A stretch of DNA of 64,000 nucleotides from Eledone cirrhosa (lineage: Eukaryota): NCBI GenBank assembly GCA_964016885.1, contig OZ024759.1, positions 11,222,001 through 11,286,000 of the forward strand, written 5' to 3'. Position numbers and translations under genes: made by a program. Shown piece after piece: positions 42,226 through 55,455 of this stretch. The notes under the pieces were generated by a model. That model worked only from the letters and a program-made list of their open reading frames with translations. It was not told the DNA's origin and ran no database searches. Position 1 is the stretch's first letter, and the number at the start of each line of letters is the position of its first letter.

Positions 42226-42547
42226 AAATCAGGAAAGAAGAGTGACACGGTTTGCTATACAATAAGGGCTTTATTCACATTGCTGACAATTGTTTCTCTG
42301 AACTGGTAGGTCTAGAGATCGCTACTCGCCTGTTTCTGCGTCAATCCATCACCAATTCATAGTTGTAACCAGTCAATTCATCAGAGCTAGCATTCTCGCT
42401 AGCTCTGATGAATTGACTGGTTATAACTATGTATTGGTGATTGATTGACGCAGAAACAGGTGGGTAGCGATCTCTAGACCTACCAGTCAGGAATGTGATT
42501 AAAGCCCTTTTTGTAAAGCAAACCGTGTCACTCTTCTTTCTTGATTT
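42226..42547. mobile_element. Head-to-head inverted Penelope-like pLTRs
   Basis: Palindrome around loop 42392-42397; the left arm holds a complete hammerhead, the right arm lacks GAAACAATTG. Confidence 0.75.
42282..42387 (-). ncRNA. Type I hammerhead ribozyme with extended stem II
   Basis: Minus: GCT-CTGATGA-..TGACTGG...CCAGTTCA..-GAAAC-AATT-GTC-AGC, then AATAAA; same stems I and III as 28103. Confidence 0.75.
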
Positions 42548-42567
42548 CTATATATATATATATATCG

Positions 42568-42844
42568 TAATAATAATAAATTTGAAGACTAAAATCCAAA
42601 GAGGGCTCGATAAGGATAAATATATATCAAATATATAAGAACCGTAGAGCAAATATTTATTAAAATAACAGATTAAAGTTTAAGCAAAGAATCGCTGCTT
42701 TCACCCTTAATGGGATCTTCTGAAACTAACAAAGTCAATCTCTTTTTTGACTTTGAGATTGACTTTGTTAGTTTCAGAAGATCCCGTTAAGGGTGAAAGC
42801 AGCGATTCTTTGCTTAAACTTTAATCTGTTATTTTAATAAATAT
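42568..42844. mobile_element. Fold-back element, second copy of the 28607 family
   Basis: Arms 42653-42742 and 42755-42844; hammerhead-like CAGAAGA-TCCC/GGGT-GAAA. Confidence 0.65.
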
Positions 42845-43365
42845 ATATATATATTTTTTTTTCAGCCCTTTTACCTAAACCTCATTTGCATACTCATCTT
42901 AATAATTTCTTCTCTTATCCCTTCACTATCCAAGGAAAACTTGAACCGTTAAGGTATATTATCCTTTATGTCAAAATTTATAAAACACACTTCGTATTTT
43001 ATCTGATGATAGCGTACCAAAATTTTGGTACTCTTGAAATATAATTATTTCGTCCAAACCGAGGTTTGGAGTCTTCGGAGCAATTTTTCAATGATTGTTT
43101 ACATACATGACCTCCTTTCCAACACAAGAGATATACAGATACATATGTATATATCGATGCACAGTGGGGTGACATCCATTATAATATCTTACTGGTAATA
43201 AGGTAGTAATAAATTACTGTCTTTCACTGTTTAGGGTTTAAAATATATATATAACTATAAAAAGTTTTAGTATATACATAACCATAAATAGTATCCTTAA
43301 TACTATATATATATATATATTTTCCCGGAGAAACTAAGTGCATTCATGTATGTATATAAATATAT

Positions 43366-45312
43366 CATCATCACCGTTTTACATCCATTCTTCTACGCTA
43401 GCATGGGTTAGAGGAATTGTCCTGTATTAGGCAATGTTAGGTCAGGTGACCATGACATGCTCATACAGAACTGATTTTGGCTTGGTTTCTACAGCTGGAT
43501 GGCCTTCCTAATGCCACTGTCATACAATGAGTACTGGGTGCTTTTTGTCGTGACACCTACACAATCACTTTACAGTGAGTACTGGGTGCTTTTTGTCGTG
43601 ACACCTACACAATCACTTTACAGTGAGTACTGGGTGCTTTTTGTCGTGACACCTACACAATCACTTTACAGTGAGTACTGGGTGCTTTTTGTCGTGACAC
43701 CTACACAATCACTTTACAGTGAGTACTGGGTGCTTTTTGTCGTGACACCTACACAATCACTTTACAGTGAGTACTGGGTGCTTTTTGTCGTGACACCTAC
43801 ACAATCACTTTACAGTGAGTACTGGGTGCTTTTTGTCGTGACACCTACACAATCACTTTACAGTGAGTACTGGGTGCTTTTTGTCGTGACACCTACACAA
43901 TCACTTTACAGTGAGTACTGGGTGCTTTTTGTCGTGACACCTACACAATCACTTTACAGTGAGTACTGGGTGCTTTTTGTCGTGACACCTACACAATCAC
44001 TTTACAGTGAGTACTGGGTGCTTTTTGTCGTGACACCTACACAATCACTTTACAGTGTGTACTGGGTGCTTTTTGTCGTGACACCTACACAATCACTTTA
44101 CAGTGAGTACTGGGTGCTTTTTGTCGTGACACCTACACAATCACTTTACAGTGAGTACTGGGTGCTTTTTGTCGTGACACCTACACAACCACTTTACAGT
44201 GAGTACTGGGTGCTTTTTGTCGTGACACCTACACAATCACTTTACAGTGTGTACTGGGTGCTTTTTGTCGTGACACCTACACAATCACTTTACAGTGAGT
44301 ACTGGGTGCTTTTTGTCGTGACACCTACACAATCACTTTACAGTGAGTACTGGGTGCTTTTTGTCGTGACACCTACACAATCACTTTACAGTGAGTACTG
44401 GGTGCTTTTTGTCGTGACACCTACACAATCACTTTACAGTGAGTACTGGGTGCTTTTTGTCGTGACACCTACACAATCACTTTACAGTGAGTACTGGGTG
44501 CTTTTTGTCGTGACACCTACAGAATCACTTTACAGTGAGTACTGGGTGCTTTTTGTCGTGACACCTACACAATCACTTTACAGTGAGTACTGGGTGCTTT
44601 TTGTCGTGACACCTACACAATCACTTTACAGTGAGTACTGGGTGCTTTTTGTCGTGACACCTACACAATCACTTTACAGTGTGTACTGGGTGCTTTTTGT
44701 CGTGACACCTACACAATCACTTTACAGTGAGTACTGGGTGCTTTTTGTCGTGACACCTACACAATCACTTTACAGTGAGTACTGGGTGCTTTTTGTCGTG
44801 ACACCTACACAACCACTTTACAGTGAGTACTGGGTGCTTTTTGTCGTGACACCTACACAATCACTTTACAGTGTGTACTGGGTGCTTTTTGTCGTGACAC
44901 CTACACAATCACTTTACAGTGAGTACTGGGTGCTTTTTGTCGTGACACCTACACAATCACTTTACAGTGAGTACTGGGTGCTTTTTGTCGTGACACCTAC
45001 ACAACCACTTTACAGTGAGTACTGGGTGCTTTTTGTCGTGACACCTACACAACCACTTTACAGTGTGTACTGGGTGCTTTTTGTCGTGACACCTACACAA
45101 TCACTTTACAGTGAGTACTGGGTGCTTTTTGTCGTGACACCTACACAATCACTTTACAGTGAGTACTGGGTGCTTTTTGTCATGATGCCTACACAACCAC
45201 TTTACAGTGAGTACTGGGTGCTTTTTGTCGTGACACCTACACAATCACTTTACAGTGAGTACTGGGTGCTTTTTGTCATGATGCCTACATGGCCACTCTA
45301 CAGGGTGGACTG
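43366..45312 (-). mobile_element. RTE-tailed SINE (family C) carrying a 48-bp satellite of about 37 copies (43520-45300)
   Basis: SINE tail 43366-43515, then GAGTACTGGGTGCTTTTTGTCGTGACACCTACACAATCACTTTACAGT repeated. Confidence 0.92.
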
Positions 45313-45389
45313 AAAATATATATGTATATATATATTTTCCAGATGAAACTAAGTGCATTTATGCATGTATATATATATATATATTTTTT

Positions 45390-45677
45390 TTTACGTCCGC
45401 TTTTACCCTGCTTGCAAGGGTGGGACGGGAACTGATTCTGGCTTGATTTCTACAGCTGGATGCCGTTCCTAACTCCAACCTCATTTACAGTGAGTGCTGG
45501 GTTCTTTTTTGCTGTGGAATGATAGGGACCCCAGTCCTATCATCTCATTTCTACAGCTGAGTAAACTGGAGCAATGTGAAATAAAATGTCTTGCTCAAGG
45601 AAACAACACATCACCTGGTCTGAGAATTGAACTCACAACTTTTGATTGCAAGGCCAATGCTCTAACCACTAAGCCAT
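45390..45677 (-). mobile_element. SINE family A with internal deletion
   Basis: Matches family A. Confidence 0.85.
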
Positions 45678-46202
45678 ATATATATATATGTATATATATG
45701 ACACATACATGCACACAGAGATACATACATATATATATACATACAGAGGATGATATATATATATATATATATATGCACATACAATAAACATATACATACA
45801 GAGAATGAGGTATATATATGTGTGTATGTAAAGCATAAGCAGAGTTTTTCATCCAAAACAAAGCTGGTGAGTGAAAAAAAGATGTCAACACACATCTGAT
45901 GATTTTACCTCAGTAGAGCTTTTTTGAACATTGTCATCTGTTTGAAACTAATAGTAATACACTTTGACAACGATTCCTTGTCTGTTTGTCTGCCTGTCTG
46001 TTAATTAATTTAGGAATGTTTTTTTAAGAGGAGCAGAAAGGAACCACTGCTAAATAAGGTAATCAATACATTGGTAGAGAAAGTAGAAATTTATTTTATA
46101 TCGAAATAACTTCTACAGGTCTAGAACTGTTTCAATCATTTGAAATCAAATGAAACAGTTATAGTCCTGTAGAATCCCTTCCTATATATATATATATATT
46201 AC

Positions 46203-46552
46203 AGTCAGTAGGCATCTCTAACAAAATACCCCCCCCCCCCCATCCACACCGCCCCTTCAATGTATAGTTATGTTGGTGCCACAACATCCAGTCTGAAACA
46301 AATGAGATCGTGTAGGTGTCACGACAAAAAAAAACACACAGTCCACGCTGTAATGTGGCCGTGTAGGTAACACGGTAAAAACCTCCCAGTCCCACACTGT
46401 AAACGTGGTTGGTGTTAGGAAGGGCATCCAGCTGTAGAAAACCCGCCAGACAGTCCTATGCGAGCAAGTCAACCACTCTTGCCTCAAGTGGGAAAACTCC
46501 CGTCCAAACCCATGCAAGCGTGTAACATGGACGTTAAACGATGATGATGATG
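46203..46552 (+). mobile_element. SINE family C (other copies about 28388-28545, 36787-36958, 46936-47104, 56212-56371, 59010-59390)
   Basis: GGTGTTAGGAAGGGCATCCAGCTGTAGAAA...CCCATGCAAGCG...GACGTTAAACG-(ATG)n. Confidence 0.8.
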
Positions 46553-46592
46553 ATATATATATAGAGAGAGACAACAGGAGTAACATAATAGT

Positions 46593-46634
46593 ATCACTGA
46601 TGATGTTGCAGATGTGCAACGAAAGAACTTTGTT
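46593..46634 (+). ncRNA. Minimal type I hammerhead ribozyme
   Basis: ATCA-CTGATGA-T-GTTGCA/TGCAAC-GAAAG-AA-CTT-TGTT; paralogue with C3-to-A at 55655-55696. Confidence 0.65.
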
Positions 46635-48290
46635 AGACTATATATATGTGTTTACATCTATATTATATCTGTATTTTTGACTGTTGGTCAGTCAATGGTA
46701 AACATTGAGGACCAAATGAATTAACTGTGGAGATATAAAAGATAGAAGTGAAAACCATCCAAAGAGTGAGTGTGTTCTCTTATTATTTATGTTATTATTT
46801 CAGTTATTATTTCAGAAGAAAGAATGAGAAATAAAATAGATTGAGGGGACGGGTGGGTTGGAATTGGAAAAAATGTCTTTAGATATATATATATATATAT
46901 ATTCATATATATAAATATATTCATATATATATATACACTGTAAATGTGGTTGGTGTTAGGAAGGGCATCCAGCTGTAGAAAACCCGCCAGACAGTCCTAT
47001 GCGAGCAAGACAACCACTCTTGCCTCAAGTGGGAAAACCCCCGTCCAAACCCATGCAAGCGTGGAACAGGGACGTTAAACGATGAGGATGATGATGATGA
47101 TGATATATATATATAATATGATTGGTGCTAGGAAGGGCATTCATCTGCAGAAACCAAGCCAAAATATAGATCTGTATGAGCATCATGTGATCTCTGGACC
47201 TGACATAACACCAGAACCCATCTAACCCATGCAAGTTTGAAAGAATTACAGCTCACACCTCTGTAAGTTTAGCTAGCCTCTTACAAGGTTGTATCTCACA
47301 GGAGGTTTCTTGGGTATTTTAATAATAGGGATCCTTCTGGGCAGACGCATTCATCACTGGATCTATTTCTGTCACACTTCTCACCCAGTCACATTCATTC
47401 TTCCTCTACATGTGACCAAACCATGTCGTTTAGTGAGGTATAGACTAAACAGCAACAACAGGCATAGAGTTAGATCGACAAGATCTCAGCCCTCACTTGT
47501 TTACCAAGTGGGGTGGAACTTGTCAAATTGGACCAAGGAAACAATGTTCCCATTCATCTTTCCTGACAGAAGAAAGGAGCTGATTGTTAGATTAGACCAA
47601 GGAAACAATATTTCCATTGGTCTTTCCGTTGTTGAATGTCGGATCAAACCAATGAAACAATATTTCCATTGGTCTTTCCGTTGGTGATACTGTCTGATGT
47701 TTTTTTCTTCTCACCCATTCCTATTCATCCTTCCTCCACACATGACCAAACCATGTCATTTAGTGAGGAATGGACTGAACAGCAAGAACAAAGAATTTTT
47801 ATTTTTTATTTTTCCTCTCTCACTCTGGATGTAATATTTCATTAATTAAACCATTCCAGGACTCGTTACAATATATTGGCACCGATTTTTTTACCATTGA
47901 TTTCACTCTGATTAATTATCTTACCATTTGATAATGAAGAAACGAGTTTATGAAGCAACATCTGAAGTGTTTGGGCAATAAATATCAAAGAATGTGTTTA
48001 GAATGTGAGGGTATGGGGTGAGGGGACAGGCAGAATGGGGAATATTTGATGGTAGCAATACTGCTGGGTTCTTGTAGCAATAATTTATTATCTTTAACCA
48101 TCTTGCCTGCCTGCCTGTCTGTCTGTCTGCACGTATGTATGCCTGTCTGTCTGTCTGATTGTATGCCTGTCTGTCTGTCTGATTGTATGTCTGTCTGCCT
48201 GTCTGATTGTATGTCTGTCTGTCTGATTGTATATCTGTCTGATTGTCTGTCTGAACAATGGTCTTACTAGTTTAAAACTGATAAAATCCT

Positions 48291-48373
<83 letters not shown>

Positions 48374-48401
48374 TAGTTCCACAACAATTAATTCACCATT
48401 T

Positions 48402-48442
48402 CTGAGAACAGTTGTTTCACCTTAGTCGGATCCTCAGCTCTG
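48402..48442 (-). ncRNA. Minimal type I hammerhead ribozyme
   Basis: Minus: GAG-CTGAGGA-T-CC-GACTAA-GG-T-GAAAC-AACT-GTT-CTC. Confidence 0.7.
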
Positions 48443-48616
48443 TTTAAATGAGATTATATGGAAAAGGAAAACAATTAAATGAATATACATGTGCAGAAGG
48501 AGTTACTTCCTAAAGGGGATTCAACTCATGTTAGATCGATGCTAGGGAAACAACTGTAAAAACTCTGAATGTAATAGATTATTCATATTATTCAGTCCAG
48601 TGATTACCTTGGGTCG

Positions 48617-48811
48617 TCAGAAAGGACCTTTGAAATTACATAATAGGTGTTTTGAAACGTGTAGACACCGCGAGAAAAATTCATTCCTTTTATTTAGACA
48701 AGTGTTATTACGCAAACTCCTCAGGATATTGATTCTTTCTTCAATGCATAGCCCACAAGACAGATTCCCATTTCTGTAAGGCTTAGACTTAGTAATAACT
48801 TTCCATTGAAT
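48617..48811 (-). pseudogene. C-terminal fragment of a Penelope-like GIY-YIG endonuclease
   Basis: Manual translation IQWKVITKSKPYRNGNLSCGLCIEERINILRSLRNNTCLNKRNEFFSRCLHVSKHLLCNFKGPF*; not listed in the ORF track. Confidence 0.8.
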
Positions 48812-49344
48812 TGTTCTCAGAAATGGTGAATTAACTGTTGTGGAACTACTTCTACCAAACTCATAATATGGACTGAGTGCTCTACTACTACGGATATTAC
48901 CTGTATGTTGGGAGGTGACCAGTCACAAAAGGTACTCAGTACATTAGATTATAAAGGGTGAAAGGATAAAGATCCCATAACTCCTTGTGGAGTCTTAGAG
49001 GCACTGTCATAGAGCATGTCTAGGGCACTTTTAAACCTGGCAGAGCCCAACCCTCTCCAAGTCCAATAGATTATAGGCATATTTATATGAATGAAACAGT
49101 TCTAATCCTGTAGAAATCATCTATATAATAATTGTTTCTACTTTTGGCACAAGGCCAGCAATTATCCCAGTGCATTACTGGTACTTTATTTTATTGACCC
49201 TGTAAGGATGAAAGGCAAAGTTAACCTTGGCAGGATTTGAACTCAGAATAGCAAGGGCTGTAACTATGCGTTAAAGCATGGCGTCCGACCCTCTACCGAT
49301 ACTGCCAATCCAAATAATAACATATAGATATAACAGGAAAAGTA

Positions 49345-49862
49345 TACACACACATAGATACACTCACACACACAGATTCACACACACACACACACACACA
49401 TATATTCATACACACATACACACACACATAGATTCACACACACACACACATATAGATTCACACACATAGATTCACACACACACACATAGATACACACACA
49501 CACACAGATTCATACACACATACACACACACATAGATTCACACACACACACATAGATTCACACACACACATAGATACACTCACACACATAGATTCACACA
49601 CACACACATAGATACACACACACACACACACAGATTCATACACACATACACACACACATAGATTCACACACACATAGATTCATACACACATACACACATA
49701 CCCACATAGATTCACACAGATACACACACACACACAGATTCACACACACAGATTCACACACACACAGATACACACACACACACAGATTCACACACACACA
49801 GATTCACACATGCACACACAGATACACACACACAGATGCAAAAACAGATTCACACACACACA

Positions 49863-49893
<31 letters not shown>

Positions 49894-49920
49894 TCTCTCT
49901 CTCTCTCTCTCTCACACAGA
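49345..49920. repeat. (CA)n compound microsatellite with a TAGATT unit
   Basis: Direct. Confidence 0.95.
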
Positions 49921-51240
49921 TACAGAGACAGGAGAAAAGATTAGTAGTAAAAGATAGCATAAATTCTTCAACATGGCTAAGGTCAGGATTTTACTTTTAG
50001 ACTTTTCTGTGAATAATGGTACATTAATGACTTGAGTATTCTGGGGAACATGGCTACAAATGGAACAAGCAGCACATTCCAGGATCAATAGCAGAATCAT
50101 TAATAAGATTCACTACTTCTCCCCTCCCCCTCTACTTCTCCCTGCCACCATCACCCTCTACTTCTCCCCTTCCCCTCTACTACTCCCTGTCACCATCACC
50201 CTCTACCCCCCATACTCCCCCCTCTACCCCCTACTTTTCCCTGCCGCCACCACCACCCTCGTCTTCCCCCCCCCCCCTCTACTTCTCCCCCCTGTCACCA
50301 TCACCCTCTAATTCACCCCTCCCCCTGCCACATCACCTACTTCTCTCCACCATCACCCTCTACCCCCCCCCGATCACCACCCTCCTCTACTTCACCCCTC
50401 TCCCTGTCACCACCACCCTCTACTTCACCCCCCACCCTTCTAGTTGTTCCCTCACCTCACTCAGCACTTCACGTTTCTCCCCCCCCCTCGACCACCCCCT
50501 TCCTCCAACTAATTTTCCTCTCTCTTCTTCCCTGCTACATTCTCTCTCTCACATACATTTCCTCTCCCTTGACCCCCCCCCCCCCCCCCCACAGTAAGTG
50601 CCAGGCTAGATCAGTTAAAAGTTAGAAGTTTAAAATATGTTTAGTTTCAACAACAGAAAATAGAAAAATAATAATTAAAAACCACATGAAAACAGTGATT
50701 AAAGTTCGTCTGGAAGATCGTTAACGGGGTTTTGTTATTGTCAGAGAATGGAAATATCTTCCATAACAACAGGGTGGAGGTGGAGGGATCAGAGGGTGGA
50801 GGTGGTGAGGAAGAAGGATCGTATCTGACTGGAGGAATAAAATTTATGATCCCTTGTTTTTCCGAGGTTTTTATGGCTTAAGAGATGGGCTGTTTACGAC
50901 TGTTTACGAGACAACCATAGACATAAATAACAGAAGCTAACGGATAACGATTCTTACCGAATCAGGAGGTTTATTTATTTATTTATTATCCATTTAATTA
51001 TTTTATTTATTTAATTTATCTGGAGTTGGCGGAGTGGCAGAGTGGTTAGAACGTCTGATTGAATGCTTTGCGGTATTTGTTCTGTCTCTCTGTGTGCTTT
51101 GAGTTCTTCTTCTTTGCCCACTTATTTCTGAGAGGGTCATAGGGGCAGAGTCCTCAAGCATGCCTTCGAGAGGGTCCTGTCATTAGAAGGAACCATCTCC
51201 AATTGATCCAGGTAGATCTCTAAACAAGACCAACGGAGCC

Positions 51241-51589
51241 CATCATCATCATCATCATCATCATCATCATGTGTCCGCTTTTCCCTGCTTGCAAGGGTGG
51301 GACGGGAACTGATTCTGGCTTGATTTCTACAGCTGGATGCCCTTCCTAACACCAACCTCATTTACAGTGAGTGCTGGGTGCTTTTTTGCCGTGGCACCTC
51401 CACGACCACTTTACAGTGGAATGATAGGGACCCCAGTCCCTATCATCTCATTTCTACAGCTGAGTAAACTGGAGCAATGTGAAATAAAGTGTCTTGCTCA
51501 AGGAAACAACACATCACCCGGTCTGAGAATTGAACTCACAACCTTTCGATTGCAAGGCCAATGCTCTAACCACTAAGCCATGTGCCTCC
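51241..51589 (-). mobile_element. SINE family A
   Basis: Full-length match. Confidence 0.9.
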
Positions 51590-52380
51590 ATGTGCCTATA
51601 TCATATATAATAGTTTATAAGCTGTATATATAAGTTATATTGTATATATATAATTGTTTCTACTTTAGGCACAAGGCCAGCAATTACCCAGTGCATTACT
51701 GGTACTTTATTTTATCGACCCCGTAAGGATGAAAGGCAAAGTCAACCTCGGCGGGATTTGAACTCAGATCGTAAAGGGACGTAACTATGCTGGAAAGCAT
51801 GGCGTCCGACCCTCTACTGATACTGCCAATCCACCACCCTTGTATATATATAATGATATAGATATATATTGTCTTCTATGTCTGCTTTTTCCTAGCAGGA
51901 TCGGGGGATCAGAGTGCTCAAACATTCCTTCTAGTGGGTCCCGTCGGAAGCGATTGTCTCCAATTGATCTGGCTGGATCCCCAAGTGAGACCAGCTGAGT
52001 TCATGGATGTTATCCAACCATGTTGCTCAGGGGTCTACTCCTGGGTCTCCTGCCCTTTGGTTTTGCCTATAAGATCTTGGTCTCCTGCCCTTTGGTTTTG
52101 CCTATAAGATCTTGCCCACCAATTCTTTTCTGAGATATTCTAATCGTATGCCCATAATATTGGAGCTGTGACCTTTGTGTTCAAATCCTGCTGAGACCAA
52201 CTTTGCTTTTCATCATTTTGAGGTCGATAAAAAATAAAAGTACCAGTTGTGTACTGGGATTGACATTCCTCTATATCTCTTTCTCACTTCCTCTCTACCA
52301 CTCTGTAAAGGGGTTGGTGATAGGAAGGGCATCCAGCCATAGAAAACTTGCCAAACAGACAACGGTTGGCTGAAAATCTG

Positions 52381-52783
52381 ATAAGCTGACCAAGATGCTC
52401 TCATGGAATGACCAAATGAGGTTTATTTTACCATATAGTTCCTGGAAAGAAACAATGTAGTTATTAATAAGAGTTGAATTTAATGTATACAAGATTTCAC
52501 AGCTCTAGCATCACTCCTTTATAAGCTGACCAAGATACTCTCATGGAATGACCAAATGAGGTTTATTTTACCATATAGTTCCTGGAAAGAAGAGTTGAAT
52601 TTAATGTATACAAGATTTCACAGCTCTAGCATCACTCCTTTATAAGCTGACCAAGATACTCTCATGGAATGACCAAATGAGGTTTATTTTACCATATAGT
52701 TCCTGGAAAGAAACAATGTAGTTATTAATAAGAAGAGTTGAATTTAATGCATGCAAGATTTCACAGCTCTAGCATCACTCCTT
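52381..52783. repeat. Tandem triplication of about 140 bp
   Basis: ATAAGCTGACCAAGAT...AGCATCACTCCTT three times; middle copy has a deletion. Confidence 0.9.
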
Positions 52784-54070
52784 CATAGTCGGCCTATGAA
52801 CTTTTTAGCCGAGGGTTGAAAGGACACTTCAGCTGTGTCAAGGTCACAACAGCTTCCCTAGTGCTGGTGTCATGTTAACACACACCCAGTACACTCTGTA
52901 AAGTGTAAGAAGTTATGTAAGCAAAAGGCGGACCCCAAACCCATCTAATTGAGTACTGACTTAGTCTGTGACAACCTGTCCAACCCATGCTAGCAAGGAA
53001 AATATGTAAAATGCTGACGATGATGATGATGAGGACAATGATGATGATGATGATGATGATGATGTAACTCCTGTAATGTTCCACTAATATTATAATACGT
53101 CCCTTTACGATCTGAGTTCAAATCCCGCCGAGGTTGACTTTGCCTTTCATCCTTACGGGGTCGATAAAATAAAGTACCAGTAATACACTGGGTAATTGCT
53201 GGCCTTGTGCCTAAAGTAGAAACAATTATAATCACCACGAGGATCCTGTAATGTTCCACCAGGTGGATTGGCAGTACTGGTAGAGCATCGGACAACATGC
53301 TTTGCAGCATAGAGTTACGGCTCTTTACGCTCTGTGCTCAAATCACACTGGGGTTAGCTTTGCCTTTCATCCTTATGGAGTCAATAAAAGTACCAGTGAT
53401 GCACTGGGGTTGATTTAATCAACTTTCCTCTCCCCCAAATTGCTGGCCTTGTGCCTATAGAAATCACTATAACCACCACGTGGCTCCTGTAATGCTCCAC
53501 CAATATTATAACATTTCTATAAATCCTCTTAAATCTGATTTCTCTCCATAAACCAATTTAATCTTCCAAAATAAACATTCAATTTCATTATGGAAACCAT
53601 CTCCTCTCTCTCTCTCTCTCACCCCACTCCCTTTCTCTCTCTCACCCCACTCTCTCACCCCACTCTCTTTCCTCCTTCTCTCTCTCTCACCACACTCTCT
53701 CTCACCACACTCTCTCTCACCCCACTCTCTCTCACCCCACTCTCTCTCTCACCCCACTCTCTCTCTCATCCCACTCTCCCTCTCATCCCACTCTCTCTCT
53801 CATCCCCCTCTCTCATCTTCCTATCTCACCCCCCTCGACCCCCCTTGCGCTCACCCCACTCTCTCACCCCTCTCTTTCCTTCTCTCTTTCCTTCTCTCTT
53901 TCCTTCTCTCTTTCCTTCTCTCTCCTTGCTCTCTCTCTCTGCCCTCATCTTCTCTCATTTTTCCTCTCCCTCTCTCTCACTCTTTGATCTATCTCGCCTA
54001 CTTCTCCCCCCCCCCTCTCTGCTCTCAGGTCTGCCTTTTGTTTGTCATATACATACATATATTCCTTTAC

Positions 54071-54108
<38 letters not shown>

Positions 54109-54155
54109 ATACGATAATTAAATAAATGGAAACTATATTTATAAAACCATATTTA

Positions 54156-54217
54156 TTTCATTATATATATTTCAGGGATATCATATTAACAATATGTTAT
54201 GCCTTCTTCAGACAAAA
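54156..54217 (-). ncRNA. Type I hammerhead ribozyme (mirror of 54236-54297)
   Basis: Reverse complement of the right arm. Confidence 0.75.
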
Positions 54218-54235
54218 TACAATATAGACAGTATA

Positions 54236-54297
54236 TTTTGTCTGAAGAAGGCATAACATATTGTTAATATGATATCCCTGAAATATATATAATGAAA
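54236..54297 (+). ncRNA. Type I hammerhead ribozyme
   Basis: TTTTGT-CTGAAGA-AGG..CATATT/AATATG..CCT-GAAAT-ATAT-ATA-ATGAAA, then AATAAA. Confidence 0.75.
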
Positions 54298-54428
54298 TAA
54301 ATATGGTTTTATAAATATAGTTTCCATTTATTTAATATCGTAAACATACTCCAAATACTTGTTGAGTGCTTTTATATCAGTTATAAATATTTACTCGTTG
54401 TAACCCAACATTTTAAATATAACTTTCC

Positions 54429-54581
<153 letters not shown>

Positions 54582-54590
54582 CATATATAC

Positions 54591-54621
<31 letters not shown>

Positions 54622-54860
54622 CATATACACATACACACGCACATATACATGTGCGTATGGGTTATATCGAACATTAATAATAATATTCGATCTGTTTGGA
54701 AGCAAACAGCCCGATAAAGCTGTGCTGTGCCGATGTCTAATCGTCATCCGTTTCTTCAACACCGGCAGCGAGGAACAATCCACGTGTTTCTGGGTCATTA
54801 CCCTTCATCAAGACTGTTTACCTCTCTGCTAATCTGTTCAATGGTTGAAAATATATAGTA

Positions 54861-55455
54861 CTAGCAGTGGTACCCGGCGTTGCACGGGATAAGGTATTGT
54901 GAAATATATAACCGCCTTAGCTAAGCTTAGTATTGCCACAACCATGGCTGGCAAAGAAGTAAGGGTCTGGTGGTATGTAAGTAAGCAACACTGTGGCTTA
55001 AAACGTGAGGAAGAAGTTGTGTGCACTTACCAACTGTTTGGGGAATGAGTGTGAGATTTGTCTTGAGCAAGGGTGGCAGAATAACTGGAGGCAGCAGACA
55101 GCAAGACATACAGACAGATATTATAAGGGCGCGTTCTGGACGCAGAGTGAATTGTAGGAAGTGACGTAATGCAGACAGCCAGACATACAGACAGATATTA
55201 TAAGGGTGCGACGTTATATTATATATCTATCTAAAAAGAGAAAGACTAAGAATTATAGAGAGAGATCGCTAAATCACCTAATCCAGTACCTAGGGCATTG
55301 AAAATTTGAAATTTTTTTTGCTCAGAACACTCCCTGAAACATAAGTATTACATGTGTAAAGTTTGAAAACAGTCGGTTGGGTGCTTCTCTAGTTTTAGGG
55401 ATTCAAACTCACACACACACACACGGACTGACATCCTCAGTTTTATATATAGAGA
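54861..55455 (-). mobile_element. Non-autonomous Helitron
   Basis: Minus 5' A^TCTCTATATATAAAA, hairpin CCCGTGCAACGCCGGG, 3' CTAG^T. Confidence 0.75.

Larger units (their letters stand above)
48372..48850 (-). mobile_element. 5'-truncated Penelope-like element (Naiad-type) with inverted terminal copy
   Basis: GIY-YIG C-terminal frame, 3' UTR hammerhead, inverted 39-bp arms 48372-48410 and 48812-48850. Confidence 0.8.
54111..54341. mobile_element. Head-to-head inverted Penelope-like pLTRs with intact hammerheads on both strands
   Basis: Near-perfect arms of about 105 bp around 54218-54235. Confidence 0.8.

Noticed and set aside
43499-45313. 604-aa repeat ORF
   Set aside because: Tandem copies of a non-coding SINE segment
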